A DNA stretch of 63,999 bases, counting the filler, from Dimargaris cristalligena (Eukaryota): NCBI GenBank assembly GCA_003614675.1. It is 4 parts of 4 records of this genome, joined end to end, with 100 filler letters (N's around TTAATTAATTAA, not from the genome) between each part and the next. Parts side by side here need not be neighbours in the genome. Positions count along the whole stretch, not along the records: positions 17,092 to 34,056 come from ML002826.1; positions 34,157 to 51,083 come from ML002827.1; 2 more parts are not named here. The stretch is one strand, 5' to 3'. A program made the position numbers and the translations under genes. This document shows, in pieces, positions 23,501 through 34,282 of the stretch. Each line of letters begins with the position of its first letter. Position 1 is the first letter of the stretch. The notes under the pieces were generated by a model, which saw only the letters and a program-made list of their open reading frames with translations, was not told where the DNA came from and ran no database searches.

Positions 23501-25080
23501 ACCTAGATCGACGAGCCCATACCTCCGAGTCTCTGCCGGTGGATATTCATGTACCTGAGCAATCGACTGCCCCGCCTACTCGCCTGCATCTGCCCCTGCC
23601 TCAATTAGGTACGACACGGGCCGACCTGGATGGCTATTTTACCAAGTTGGTCCCGGTCCAGGTGGCTTGGATTGATGGCCTTGCCCAGAAGGCCCCTCAC
23701 GCACGCAACAGGACCTCGTCAAATGTAGCTGTCGAACTAAAAACTACGTCCGGCCAGATTGATAGCACTTCGACTGAGCCCGGTTTGTTGGCTAATAGTC
23801 CACTCCCCGCGGATATCGAAAATGCCGGGAACAATGTCACATCGGGCGCCACCCTGGCCACCTTTTTAAATATGAACTCATCAGCACTCCCCGCAGAGGT
23901 CTCGGATAAGGTATTGGACTACCTGGGTCAAGGCGCCTGGGATTTGAAATGTACTCTTTACTCTTTAACTAATTCTAATGCGATTCTGGACCGCTTATGT
24001 TTAACCGTCTTTAGCATACCCCATAAGTCCGCGAGTAAAGCCCTTAAATTAGTGCCATTGGTGCGATTGGCCATGTCCAATTTCCCCCAGCGGGCCGATA
24101 TGCCATGGCTTATTAATATGGCTACTATCAGTAGTGCCCTCATCTCGGGCGCCAGCGTGACCCCTCTTTGGATGGCTTTACTCGACTTGCTGATATACAT
24201 TTTTGAACCAAATGACGGCGATTTAGCAAGCCCAGGCAACGCCGAAATCCTGGCTGTATTTCAATATCTTATGAATGTCCATGGTACCGACCCGAACGTT
24301 TGGTGGCGGTTTTTCTCGTGGCAATTGAACCACGAGCGGCGGGTAAAGCATCTCCAAACGATGGTTATCATATTTTTGGAGCACACCGGTAAACCATTTG
24401 ATACTAAGCGGGTCGCCTTCGGAGCCAACGTGACCAACGCCTTAGTGGTATTACTTCAACTGTACCTCGACAAGTACCGCGGCACCCCTACGGTGGAGTT
24501 AGTTCTCGATTGGTTTTATTATCTACTGACCTCTCCCCTTGACGGTGCCTTCGTTACGGTTCTTTTCACCGAACCCAAAGGCATGGCGAATCGCCTCGGC
24601 GATGAATTTACTTGGCGCAAGCCTGACTACTTGGGGAAAAGTATTCTATTTTCCCGACTCTGTCCGGAACAATACGCTTATTTGTGCCTAAGTTACCTCC
24701 ACGCCCTCGCCAATGGTTCATTAGGGCCAGATCAATTCGTTGGCACTGGCTTGTTTTCATTTCTTCCCCGTGACCACCGCGCTTTCGTGATTAACTGGCA
24801 GGCCGCCACAGATCCAGACCATCGAAATTCTGAGTCGAGGCACACCATAACCCATGCCGCAAATGTTACGCACCAACTATGTCTTATGTTTGTACCGATG
24901 CCTTCTGAGCGTGAGCTATATCTTACCATGATTAATAATTTTATTGCCGCCCATAGGGCCGGTGGTTCTACCCTTGCCACAATCTATGATGGCGTAAAAC
25001 TTTTGGGCAGTCTTGAACACCAACTCCCGTCTCCCGAAATGGCAGACATTTTATCCCGGCTCTCGGTCAAGCGAGACTAG
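20596..25080 (+). CDS. ZFC3H1/Red1-like zinc-finger protein (nuclear exosome adaptor family)
   Basis: zf-C3H1 motif IDPNVPLCLYETLGGECHDTSCQSTHFRD, coiled-coil segments, a disordered N-half and a helical C-terminal region. First ATG at 20596. Confidence 0.75.
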   Translation: MTPSSFALAAGSPAAAATTALSQNTPAPASQPTTINSRTLELNKKLVNKLVDLNWSDEAILRSNSSPTLAEALRQVRAARASTITAPAFPQPPSAHSRSGLASLNPEEVEDGELSSSTPEPLDFPTARATSVIAILSSPNSTPAIEGDPEPNREPSLALEDEPNPFVLSPPPQVTQISDDSEEEEGILTVYNGSTPELQPTGNGDGDVPATSQHASDSEMDLSSDDNAVDHHDWSYPATLAYGPFHGSFAGHSGGWWPAMSQPGYPMNNPLRLSYPYNHNGQIYPSSGYPVNGAPGAYHPWTSNHQPDSESEESTSATTTYSERGPQFSQAFGLLQHQLGDGMSPGASRGSVRPPAGSQFTDPHEPYTSSFSRKAWSSFKSDLVNQQFSSRPPSFVALQASLGNIELSDSESDMETDGPQRLETSLNRSCMDQYLEERQTRSSDHRYGAPQRRGFPDSTELSRTASQNGFGAQSNTKTLLQQQEEKIAQMKRLIEQMEKNKRDTATSKPSGGSALETPASAPQPEGSDRRPALERITPTSSVASATINPPGSHSILEASPDSDPTCIDILVPKPQALKQPNLDSESSESSENSEDCEDSNALPPPLSSPPATDLYPPEPATDWQAIQSEIDRLESQTQEEEARAHEHFSQYQQQLKTSLNLKAMLQRIQDQMATSRRAYNRTSHVATKLRSQIQEKRALFLGQDESVIPPSLCQPDHSTVVPVVATPAPSIPIKSTVAADTVKQLKRKLDSIQQEHNALVLKQTAILPQAKKRPPTPPTARLPTHDSLTRFMDRIMTWAKDHPITRYQPAPEIVSTPMPSECTVIPSPEDKEELPALDAKLATRLRSFRVSCFQSVLDRFFRPDDIKSLAYAPKIDPNVPLCLYETLGGECHDTSCQSTHFRDLEITVDEFLCTLLDYYPDSAESEKAGYCASLMHTLFKITDQGQTISPAELFACILNHRSNYIMGRDLDRRAHTSESLPVDIHVPEQSTAPPTRLHLPLPQLGTTRADLDGYFTKLVPVQVAWIDGLAQKAPHARNRTSSNVAVELKTTSGQIDSTSTEPGLLANSPLPADIENAGNNVTSGATLATFLNMNSSALPAEVSDKVLDYLGQGAWDLKCTLYSLTNSNAILDRLCLTVFSIPHKSASKALKLVPLVRLAMSNFPQRADMPWLINMATISSALISGASVTPLWMALLDLLIYIFEPNDGDLASPGNAEILAVFQYLMNVHGTDPNVWWRFFSWQLNHERRVKHLQTMVIIFLEHTGKPFDTKRVAFGANVTNALVVLLQLYLDKYRGTPTVELVLDWFYYLLTSPLDGAFVTVLFTEPKGMANRLGDEFTWRKPDYLGKSILFSRLCPEQYAYLCLSYLHALANGSLGPDQFVGTGLFSFLPRDHRAFVINWQAATDPDHRNSESRHTITHAANVTHQLCLMFVPMPSERELYLTMINNFIAAHRAGGSTLATIYDGVKLLGSLEHQLPSPEMADILSRLSVKRD

Positions 25081-25770
25081 CTTCTGACTGGCTTGGGCGC
25101 GTAGTATTGTAATAATAAATCAAAGAGTTCACGCAAGGTCTTTTTGATGCAACTTAACATAATATTAGATGAGAGAAAGGGCCGCAAGTGGTATTGCGAG
25201 ATTCCCGCACTTAGCTTTACTGGTTTAGATAAAATAAATCGTCAATTTAGATTGGCGTCCAGAGTATGGGTGCTATAGCCAAAGATATATTATTGATGGG
25301 TCTGGATAAACGATTTGCTAATATTTCCCAATAATTGATGATTAGCGTATGCAGCTGCTGAGGGGTGAGGGGCGATTCGATGAATACCACACCCCGGCCC
25401 CTTTTCCTTCCTCCGGTTTCTTTATTTTGAAAAACCAGGCGCTATTTAATAAGAGGATGTCAATCAGTAATCATTTCCCGCTCCCTTCGTCTCATTCGTC
25501 AGAATGATTAAATCATATCCCTCACCCTGGTGATCTTTCACCTAGAACCGGTAATCTTCTCTCTGAAAAATGGAGTGTCTGGTCATCATTTGACTATGAT
25601 ATAAATGGCGTCAGCCTGGCCCACATAGTTTAGGCCCAACTCCCTCACCCCCATCTTCTCGTAATAGCTATAATTATTAACCGAATTATCTCGAAACCTC
25701 TTTACTTCACCTCGTATTTTAGTTTTATTTTTTTGAATACCTAATATTGCTAGTGCCTCGTACTATAACT

Positions 25771-26340
25771 ATGAAGTTCGGTTATTTCATTTTTGCCGCG
25801 CTAGTCGCCCAGGGTTTCGCCCGCAATTTCCCCCGGGGTCATAAAACTGACAATACTAGTGCGACCACCACTTCTTGTGTCGCCACCGCGACTGAGACCA
25901 TCACCACTACCGTCACTTTGGCAGCCATTCAAACGGTTATATCGACGATGACTAAAACCGTAACTAATGTGATAACTGCGACCACGCACACTGTCTCAGG
26001 TAGCGCTACTATGCCCGCTATCACCACCCCCACTGCCAGTGTTACTCATACCGCTACCACCAGTTCTTCGGCTGCCCCCAGCCCGACGGGTTTCACTGAC
26101 GCTCACCAAGTCTATATTGTCCTATTCCAAGGCGAGTACAATACCACCGAGGGCCAAACGTCACGCAACGCTTTCTTTAACAAGTTGAAGAGTTGGGATA
26201 TTTACTACATTGTCCAATTTAACTACACGGAGATAATCAACGGCATAGCCATTGACATGTCCGATAATTACGCCTACTTAACCAGTCGGCTTCCGGGAGT
26301 TGTTAGTGTTACTCTCAGCACGCCCATCGGGGCTGTCTAA
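25771..26340 (+). CDS. Secreted Thr-rich protein with a C-terminal peptidase-inhibitor I9 (subtilisin prodomain)-like domain
   Basis: Signal peptide MKFGYFIFAALVAQGFA, then a T/S-rich stalk, then YIVLF...FNYTEIINGIAI...LPGVVSV (I9 pattern). TATAAA at ~25600. Confidence 0.7.
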   Translation: MKFGYFIFAALVAQGFARNFPRGHKTDNTSATTTSCVATATETITTTVTLAAIQTVISTMTKTVTNVITATTHTVSGSATMPAITTPTASVTHTATTSSSAAPSPTGFTDAHQVYIVLFQGEYNTTEGQTSRNAFFNKLKSWDIYYIVQFNYTEIINGIAIDMSDNYAYLTSRLPGVVSVTLSTPIGAV

Positions 26341-28182
26341 TTTACCAATTTGGTGTGGCATAGACTTGCGGGGGGATGGTGGGGTTAATGTGCTTGTGGA
26401 ACGAACCGTCGTCTACTGTTACTAGTTCTAAATAGCGGTATATTCCCCAGTAACAACAGTGCTTTGTTTGGCGTCCAATTTTATTTTGACTCACTCCTCC
26501 AGCCTCACGTGTACAATACATGTTTTGGCTTGTTATATTGCCTTGTTTGTTATTTCGATTTGGTTATCGGTACCTCTTTATATTCTTCCATTTCCACCAG
26601 TTGCCTCGTTTTGGAAGACTATGCGCTCCTGCTCGTAATACCAGTAAAGAAACTAGCCTGGTAAATCCCTTTAGCGGGTGTATTGCTATGGGAAGAGTGC
26701 AACCTCGTTTGTAGTGTAGGTGTATTCTCTTCGTTGCCAGTATAATACTCATATGCAGGCGTTTTCATGGTATGCTTACTCTTCATACAAAATCCTGGTG
26801 GGAATTATGGTTATAGTAGATAAATTCATTGGTTTCTGAACTATGCAGATGATCAAAGGATAATGATCGCTTATTAGAAACCCTGCCTGAGAAAAGCCAA
26901 ATGTCATGGATGTGCGCGCGCGGGGAGGGGGTTACAGGTGCTACTTAGAGTAATAACTGAAGACTGCGCTATGGCCCTGGTCGGCTAATGTGATGCGTAC
27001 CCCTTGTTCTGTTGCCACGAGATTTTGCTAAGAGGAGCTGTAGTGATTACGGGGCCTAATGTTAGTATTATAATCTATTTTGATTATAACGAGGTGTCAT
27101 TGCAATTTCCCATGAGTACTCTAGTCTTGGGCGGTTTCCTTAGGAGATACACCATTGCACTTGGCCCTAACTCCAGGTGTAGAAGTGCTGTAGGGAACTT
27201 ATAGAATGGTGTCGCTGTCCCCGTAATCCCCAACGTCGATCGTTCTCGTGTGAGGGGGTCTCACTGATGTTGATTGCAACAGCGACCAGGGCCTTTAATA
27301 AGGGATCACCCCCATCCTGATTTAGTTTTGCCTCCGAGAGTGGCGAGGTGTAATTTTAAGGGCTATACAGTGACCCAAATTCCCTACCCGACTGAAAAAA
27401 ATTAAATATCAACATATATATATATATATTTCTTAGCAAGTGGGATATACACTTAAGAAAATATAAAACATATCATTCATTCGTTCCAATTGGCCAAGTG
27501 ATGGGAATTTAGGGATGTACCCGTTTCTACCGTCTCGTTGCGTCACCGTTATCACCGACTGCATGGCCAACCATATGGCCCACTGAAACTATTACCCGAA
27601 CCAATAAAACTAATTTCACCCCTTTCTTTCCAAATACAAGGTGCAATTAAATCGTTCCGTGATATCTTTAATTTTTTTGCTTCCGAAAGTCTTCAATAGG
27701 TGATATTGTGTTTGAGAATTGGGTGGATCGCTTCATCCAAGATTTCTTGCCGGTTGTGTACCAAAGCGGGCCATTTATTAGATTAGGACCGGAAAGAGCA
27801 GCTTAGTTGGAGGGTCCTTGTCTACACCTACTGTACCGTGGGTGTTCAAGGCCTCAGTTCAGGAACATCTAGCAGCCTATGGTCCCTATTTAGGCACGGA
27901 GATCATAATTCCTGGAGGATCTGTGAATTTGAAACTTACGGAGTGTTGGAATTGAAAGTCCCCTTTGCCCACTATACTAGCTCGCCCTGGCTGGCGGCAT
28001 TCACTGCGATTAGATGAATCAGGTGAAAGTACTGGGATAAAGATATATAAGAATGTCTACCGGGCCTTTGTCCAATTTGATCCATCGACTAGCCCTTTCT
28101 ATATATTCGCTTCCATATAATCATTAATACTATTATCGCGATTCCCAACCCTCGATAAGCTCCATATCTACCCACCGTCAGC

Positions 28183-28929
28183 ATGCGCGTCTCCTCTCTT
28201 GTCGCTATTGTGGCCATCGGTTTCAAGGCTGTTGCGGCCCTCACCACCCCCACCTCCACCTCGGCCACTACTTCTCCCTGTACCACCCTAACTGCCAGCT
28301 TCACCGTTCCCCAATCGACTCCGTCATCCCCCGGCATTCACCACTTCCATCCGGTTGACTTCTCCAAGGTCAAGCTCAAAGATGCTGCTCATAGAAACAG
28401 AGAGTGCGAGAGGTTGGGCTACGCTAATTGCTGGACCAAACCTAGTCGAACCCGTCCACCCCCCATTGTTGCCACCACATCGTATGATCTTCCCAATGGT
28501 GATTTGACCACCACCACTACTTCGAGTGCTTCGGAGTCCGTAGTTTACTCGGGACCGGTGGAGAGTATCCCTGAGACTACGACCACCACCAAGACCCACG
28601 GTACTAGCCACTCCACTTCGGCCCACAGCAGCAGTCTCACCACGACTACCAAAAGCAGTGCATATATTCCCCAGCCCACCGACCTTAGCGACCCCAAGTC
28701 TTACATCGTTTTCTTCAAGGGAGCCACGGATGAGGCGTCTGCCCAGGCTACCCAGGACGCCTTTTTGGCCGCCTTGCGTGCGAACAAAGTACCCTTTGAG
28801 TTTCAGTATTCCCTGCGTCCCCAGCTCAACGCTGGTGTGATGATTATCGACAGTGCCTATATTATGTTGATCCAGAACTATCCGCAGGTTCAAAAAATCT
28901 CGGAAAATCAAATTTTGGGCGCCAGCTAA
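28183..28929 (+). CDS. Secreted Thr/Ser-rich protein with a C-terminal I9-like domain (paralog of 25771-26340)
   Basis: Signal peptide MRVSSLVAIVAIGFKAVAA, a T/S-rich stalk, then SYIVFFK...QYSLRPQLNAGVM...YPQVQKISENQ. TATATAA at ~28044. Confidence 0.72.
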   Translation: MRVSSLVAIVAIGFKAVAALTTPTSTSATTSPCTTLTASFTVPQSTPSSPGIHHFHPVDFSKVKLKDAAHRNRECERLGYANCWTKPSRTRPPPIVATTSYDLPNGDLTTTTTSSASESVVYSGPVESIPETTTTTKTHGTSHSTSAHSSSLTTTTKSSAYIPQPTDLSDPKSYIVFFKGATDEASAQATQDAFLAALRANKVPFEFQYSLRPQLNAGVMIIDSAYIMLIQNYPQVQKISENQILGAS

Positions 28930-30348
28930 TCGTCGGGTAACTTGATATTGGTATTCATCTTTCCAGTTTTCGGTTGACTAATTGGTTGCTTAAACCAACG
29001 GTCGTCGGAGCTTGGTTATCCTTAATTTACAAAACTGACTTAGCAATTTACTATTACATCCGAAACTCCTGGTGTTAAATATAGTCACAATTGATGACAC
29101 TTCAATGCTACAGCTCCCTTTAATAAAGTCCGCCGTCTATTTAGGGCCAATAATATTAATTAATTGACTTTTTTTTGATTTTATATGTAGTATTCGGTAA
29201 TACCACTTATAAATTGAGCTTTTCATAGTGATCCATTTACCTGCATTATTCTACCGGTCAGTTCGACCACGCTTCCACATAAATGATTGTCCTCATATTT
29301 AGTATAAATTAACCCCAGAGGTGATATAGCAGATGGCAGTTACTTGTGTCTACCAGGCTATTCTTTAGAGCGAATGAAAAAAGCCATGCAGCCATATAAT
29401 TCCTAGTTTTGTATGTAGCGTTTCCGCCCCCATATACCGTCCGATAGGGCCAATCGAACAATATTGGTCTAGTCAAGAAAATATTACCCAGCGGATAGAT
29501 GATAAAAAAAATCGTTAGTAATTGAACAAAAACATCAGGATTATAGTGCGAATCGTCCAGTTCACCATGTCCTAGTCACAGTCATCTATATTCTGTTTTT
29601 ATAAGGTCCATTAAATGGGGTGGTAGTGGGGTTATCTTTGGTAAATTTCACCGGGAATATGATATAGCCGATAACCTTGCGGTACAGGATCGTCTGCACT
29701 ATTGCGACCAGGCCCTTGCCTTAGGCATATCTAATTGGGCAACGGCTCTGCTATAGCACCTTTACCATGCTGGCATTCAATAGACTTTTAGTTACGTGCA
29801 CGACAGCATCAGAAAACACCACCTGGTGTCCTCGATCAAATAGCCGGCTCTAGGATATGTTTTATTACACCTTAAGCTATCCTCGATGTTCACCCTCAGC
29901 CTTTTATCCGTTAACGCTTTATCAGTACCCCCCGTTTCAATATGTTTTTCACTTTACCACTCCTTTTTTTCTAACAATACTCCGTAGTTCGTGACCATTT
30001 GTGGTATATTAGGGTATTAGTTAATAAACCCGAGTGTTGCACTTAAGTGCCCAACCATTGTAACATACCCTGATTCGCTAATAAGTCGCTAGCCAGACGA
30101 GTCACCTGGCCGACATTAATCCTCATAAATTTGGCGATAAGCTGGATGGACTTGGATAGATGTATTGGTAGGTGTCCATTAAAAGCTTTATTGATAATTG
30201 CAAAAAATATATAATCTGCATCGGGGTGGTTTCTAGTACTTAATAAGAGGTAACGGGCAAATCCTAGGTTAATATTAATTGGCCAAGTATAGTTTCCAGC
30301 CATCGGTCAATTAGGGCGAATTCCCTCTTGGGTAAGTTCGCCACAGGC

Positions 30349-30894
30349 TCAAGAATGGCAACAGCTACAACAGCTCTCCTTCGCTCCATCACACATTGTG
30401 GAGCAGCAAAACCCAATGCATCTGAATGGAGACGTGAGTATGTCACTGAAGAAATTACACATAGACTCGCAGATAGTTGCCATACAGTCGCAGTCTTCTG
30501 CACCGTCGCGGCGGTAAAGTTGCTGAAGAGCCTGGGATGGGTCTGCCTCGCTATTATCCAAAAGCCGGGCTTGGGTGGCCAGATTGGCTCGAAGGTAGCT
30601 AAGCAGCGCGTTACTCCTGTGCGTATACGTTGCCTCATCGGTTCTCGGACTAGTAGTTTGGACGTTTTCCTTGGCAAATTTTTCCAGGGTTGATTGTACT
30701 AGTTTGCAGTCGGCGTTGGTTTCTTTCATGATTTTAGAGATGGCTTGGATCAAAGGTTTATGACTCTCGCAGGTCATGCGGGGGCAGGCTTCGGGGGAAC
30801 CGGAGGAAAATTCGACGCCCGGAACGCCGCCGAGGCTGGCGGTTAATACAGCGGGCACGGCCAAGGTCAGGAGGGCGATGCTGAACAGCTTCAT
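30349..30894 (-). CDS. Small secreted cysteine-rich protein
   Basis: Signal peptide MKLFSIALLTLAVPAVLTA; 181 aa; Cys-dense tail after an RR site. Confidence 0.78.
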   Translation of the reverse strand: MKLFSIALLTLAVPAVLTASLGGVPGVEFSSGSPEACPRMTCESHKPLIQAISKIMKETNADCKLVQSTLEKFAKENVQTTSPRTDEATYTHRSNALLSYLRANLATQARLLDNSEADPSQALQQLYRRDGAEDCDCMATICESMCNFFSDILTSPFRCIGFCCSTMCDGAKESCCSCCHS

Positions 30895-33055
30895 GATGAG
30901 TATATGTTGGTGAGAAGTATTGGGGACAACGGCGAGAATTGTAGCAGTGCTAGATTCAAATACAAAGAAAGGCTGTAATGATTAGGCAAGGTCAACTGAT
31001 ATCTGTAGAGTGGATTGGTGTGGATTATAATTTCAATGGCAGGATTAGGTCTAATTTATAAAGGCCGGGAAAGGCGTGGGTAGGAATATTAGGAGCATGT
31101 TGCAGCATATTTTTCTCCGTTTTCTCAATTCTTGGCATTTCGTCTATTTCGGGGTTGCTAAGAAAAATGGGGCAGTTGGTAGAGGATTTGGACAGAAATA
31201 CCTCGATAGTGTTGACTTTTCATGGTGTAACCAATATACCCCTTTTACCACGTCTGGCAGATTCTACAGTGAACCTGTTGCTTGGACCAGTTGTTTTAGG
31301 AGACACAGTGCCAATACCTACACCAGTTATCAGTCAGCCTTACTCTAGTATTGCATATACGGTGGAGTAGCTAGACCTGGTGAGGGAGGAAGAACTAGCT
31401 CTGAACGCATAGCCTTCCCCAACCACTCCATGCGGGAGGGTTTCCAAATTTGGATTATTTTTACTATTTCCTGAACACAAATGCATGGTTCAAATAAAAG
31501 TCGAGTGTCCCTGATTCGGTAAAGCCATATTAGCGCGTGCCTCTATGGTTAGCCATTATCCCTATAGGAAACTCGTGTGCTTTCCTACATAGGGCCCTTA
31601 AAGCAAGCACGCGGTTTTGTGCCATAAGTATATTAATTCAATGTGCAAAAGGAGGCCTGGTTGTTGGTTTATAAATAGGTATGTTATGGTGCTCGTATAT
31701 CTGACTAAGGGGAACACTCGTAGTTTTGTAAAGGGGTGTTTCATATACCACAAGCTCTTACCCTGAGGTGTGAGAATTGGTGCAATCTCAATATGTCAAT
31801 AGGGGTGGTCCGCCTCGTCTAAGCTGTTTTTGATCGATATAAACTGGACGATGGTCAGGCAAGGCCCAATGTTTTAGTGAGGGACTAAAAAAGTCGGAGC
31901 AAAAGGTCGAATCAAGAGGAAGTGCGTGTGTAGGTCTATAAAGGGGTGGTAAAACAGGGTTGCTTTATAGTGTGACAAGTCCGTCAAATGTGACCTACGG
32001 CCCTATCATTGACCCGTCTGCTAGCTAGTAGCCTTTCAAATATAAAAATATATTTCATTTTCTATTGAATTTTATTTTGGTAAGTGGTCATCTGAGGCTG
32101 AAAATCGTCCCTGCGGATTCGTCGCCAACTGTCAATGGATATCCACTTTGACAATTAGTGCTGACTTCCAGTACTATATGGCCTTAGCTGCTTACCCCCT
32201 TCCTCCACCATCACTATTCATATCGTTGCTATCTCCGAACTACTATGTATGCCAGAGGAAGTCGTTTCGCAGCCATCCTCGAGTGGGACTATCGTATTCC
32301 CCGGCGAGACGGTTGAAAGAGAACTAAAATTAATGCAACACTACCATCCCACTCCATAATATAGTTAAATCGCTTGAGACATACTAGTTTCATATTATTT
32401 TATCCTTTTCGTAGTCTGATATCGTCCCATTAACCATTTTTCGTCACTGGTTAGACCTGGTCTTAATCGTGCTTCACTCTGAATTACCCTTACCATGGCA
32501 GCTTTTCCCCTTTAAACACCGCGCTGATGTCTCAATAATATACCACCAAGTCCCAGCTTCCTTACTGGGCCACACAAATATGCCCCTCGTTGCAATAACA
32601 TGCCTGTCACTTGTTGGAATACTAAAGATATAAAGGAAATAACACTGGAAGTAAGGGGGAAAAGCAGCTAGAGGATGGTAGGTGCCTCTAGGTTGTTAGT
32701 TTTATTAAACTGCAATTTTTGATGGGGTGAAATATAAGTAGCTAACATAAATGATCTCATAATAGTGGAATAAACTAATGCAATTGTATAAAATAGGATA
32801 GGATAAAGAATACATAGGAACACATTCTTCAATATTCCCCTTTGTTATGAGAAGGAATAAAAATAATATCCTGTTTGTTGGATGTAAAGAGATGGATATT
32901 CAAAGGTTTTGTCAAAAAATCAGCCTTTTGTTCAGTACTAGGCATATGTTTTAAGGTGATAATTCCTTTGTCAATATAATATCAAACTACATGGAATTTA
33001 ATATCAATATGCTTAGAGTGACTGTAATTCACAGGGTTCTTTACAATAAGGATAC

Positions 33056-33639
33056 TGTCACCCGGGTTAACCACTCTTAGTCCATTAAGAGTCCCAACAA
33101 TAGGCTTCTAATGGTAGGTGGGGCTTAGACTCAGCCAAGCAGGCTACTAGTTTTAGGTTGAGGGTGCAGTACTAACCAATAAAGGATAAGTACAGGAATA
33201 TGCAAGGGATGTGTAGTAGGTACACTTACTAGTTAGTATAAGGGGGTGAGTGTATTTAGATTTTATTGAGGTAAATGGGGGGGGGTAAAATAAGCTAAGG
33301 AATTGAACCAGTCCTAGTGGTGCCTGGTTATATATACACAGAGACAGCTCCAGAGGGAGGTCCCAAGGGAAATGCTACTAAGACTATGGTATAAGTAGAT
33401 AAATAGACTAACTGGATGGCTTTGTATCTGGAAGACTCTCATGGGAACCAGAAGAGTCTTTGGATTAGCAGGTCGAGTGTTTTGTGTGAAGCATTGGGGC
33501 TGGAAGGAGAAGGGCCATATACTGAATGATGATCCCAGAGTACTGGGGGTGACTATGGGAGGGTTAATATGGTACTATAAGGACTAATAAGGGTGGATGA
33601 TCATTAAGTCCAGATTAAGTCAGATTAGGAGGGCCAATA
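33056..33639 (-). mobile_element. LTR, ~585-bp family, copy 1
   Basis: Colinear with 51631-52215 along its whole length. Ends are TGTCACC...GGCCAATA (mutated CA). No target-site duplication seen. Confidence 0.8.
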
Positions 33640-34056
33640 TGTTAGTGTAACCACAGATTCTCTTAATGATAATCTAAGATAGACTAAAGATAAAGTTTAT
33701 TTTAACAGATAGAAGTAGGAAAGAACTGCAAGATGAGAATTAAGCTCATTGAAGTGGTATTTATTGAGTGTAGTTTTGACCAATAGGATTACTTAAAATA
33801 CCTGATACAGTAAATGGTACTTGAGGGGAGATGCAGTCCAACATAACAGTCATCACAAAGGATAGCTAATACTTGGGTAACTAATAAATTTAATAAAAGA
33901 TAATAGAAGGGAAAAAGAGAAAGGGAGAAAGCTATTTTTAACTGTACTTTGAACAGGGGTGCAGTTGGGCCAGGGGCAGTGTGAATACAGGGGTATCATC
34001 CAGTCAGGGGCAGGGGTGCATCACAGTCAAGGGTATAAAATATAATAATAGAAACG

Positions 34057-34156
34057 NNNNNNNNNNNNNNNNNNNNNNNNNNNNNNNNNNNNNNNNNNNN
34101 TTAATTAATTAANNNNNNNNNNNNNNNNNNNNNNNNNNNNNNNNNNNNNNNNNNNN
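34057..34156. other. Artificial contig linker
   Basis: N44-TTAATTAATTAA-N44. Confidence 0.98.
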
Positions 34157-34224
34157 TACTTCCGATAAGTGCGAAAAATAGATAAAAAATAAAAGTAGGT
34201 AAAAAATGTGGCAAGTTCACCACA

Positions 34225-34282
34225 CCTAATAAGGATAGATGATCATTGTGTCTGGATTTAGGTCAGATTAGGAGTGCCAATA
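34225..34282 (-). mobile_element. Terminal fragment of the same LTR family
   Basis: CCTAATAAGG...GATCATT...GTCAGATTAGGAGTGCCAATA matches the ends of the 33056 and 51631 copies. Confidence 0.65.

Noticed and set aside
31155..31370. 71-aa ORF with protein-like composition
   Set aside because: No ATG start, no splice support and no recognisable motif.
32060..32625. Minus-strand intron-like signals (GTAAGC...ACTAAT...CAG and GTATGT...TAG)
   Set aside because: All three frames of the putative middle exon contain stops and no homology is recognisable; at most a decayed pseudogene.
32883..33045. TGTAAAGA...TCTTTACA 163-bp mini-LTR
   Set aside because: No TSD and no second full copy; an 8-bp inverted match in AT-rich DNA is too weak.
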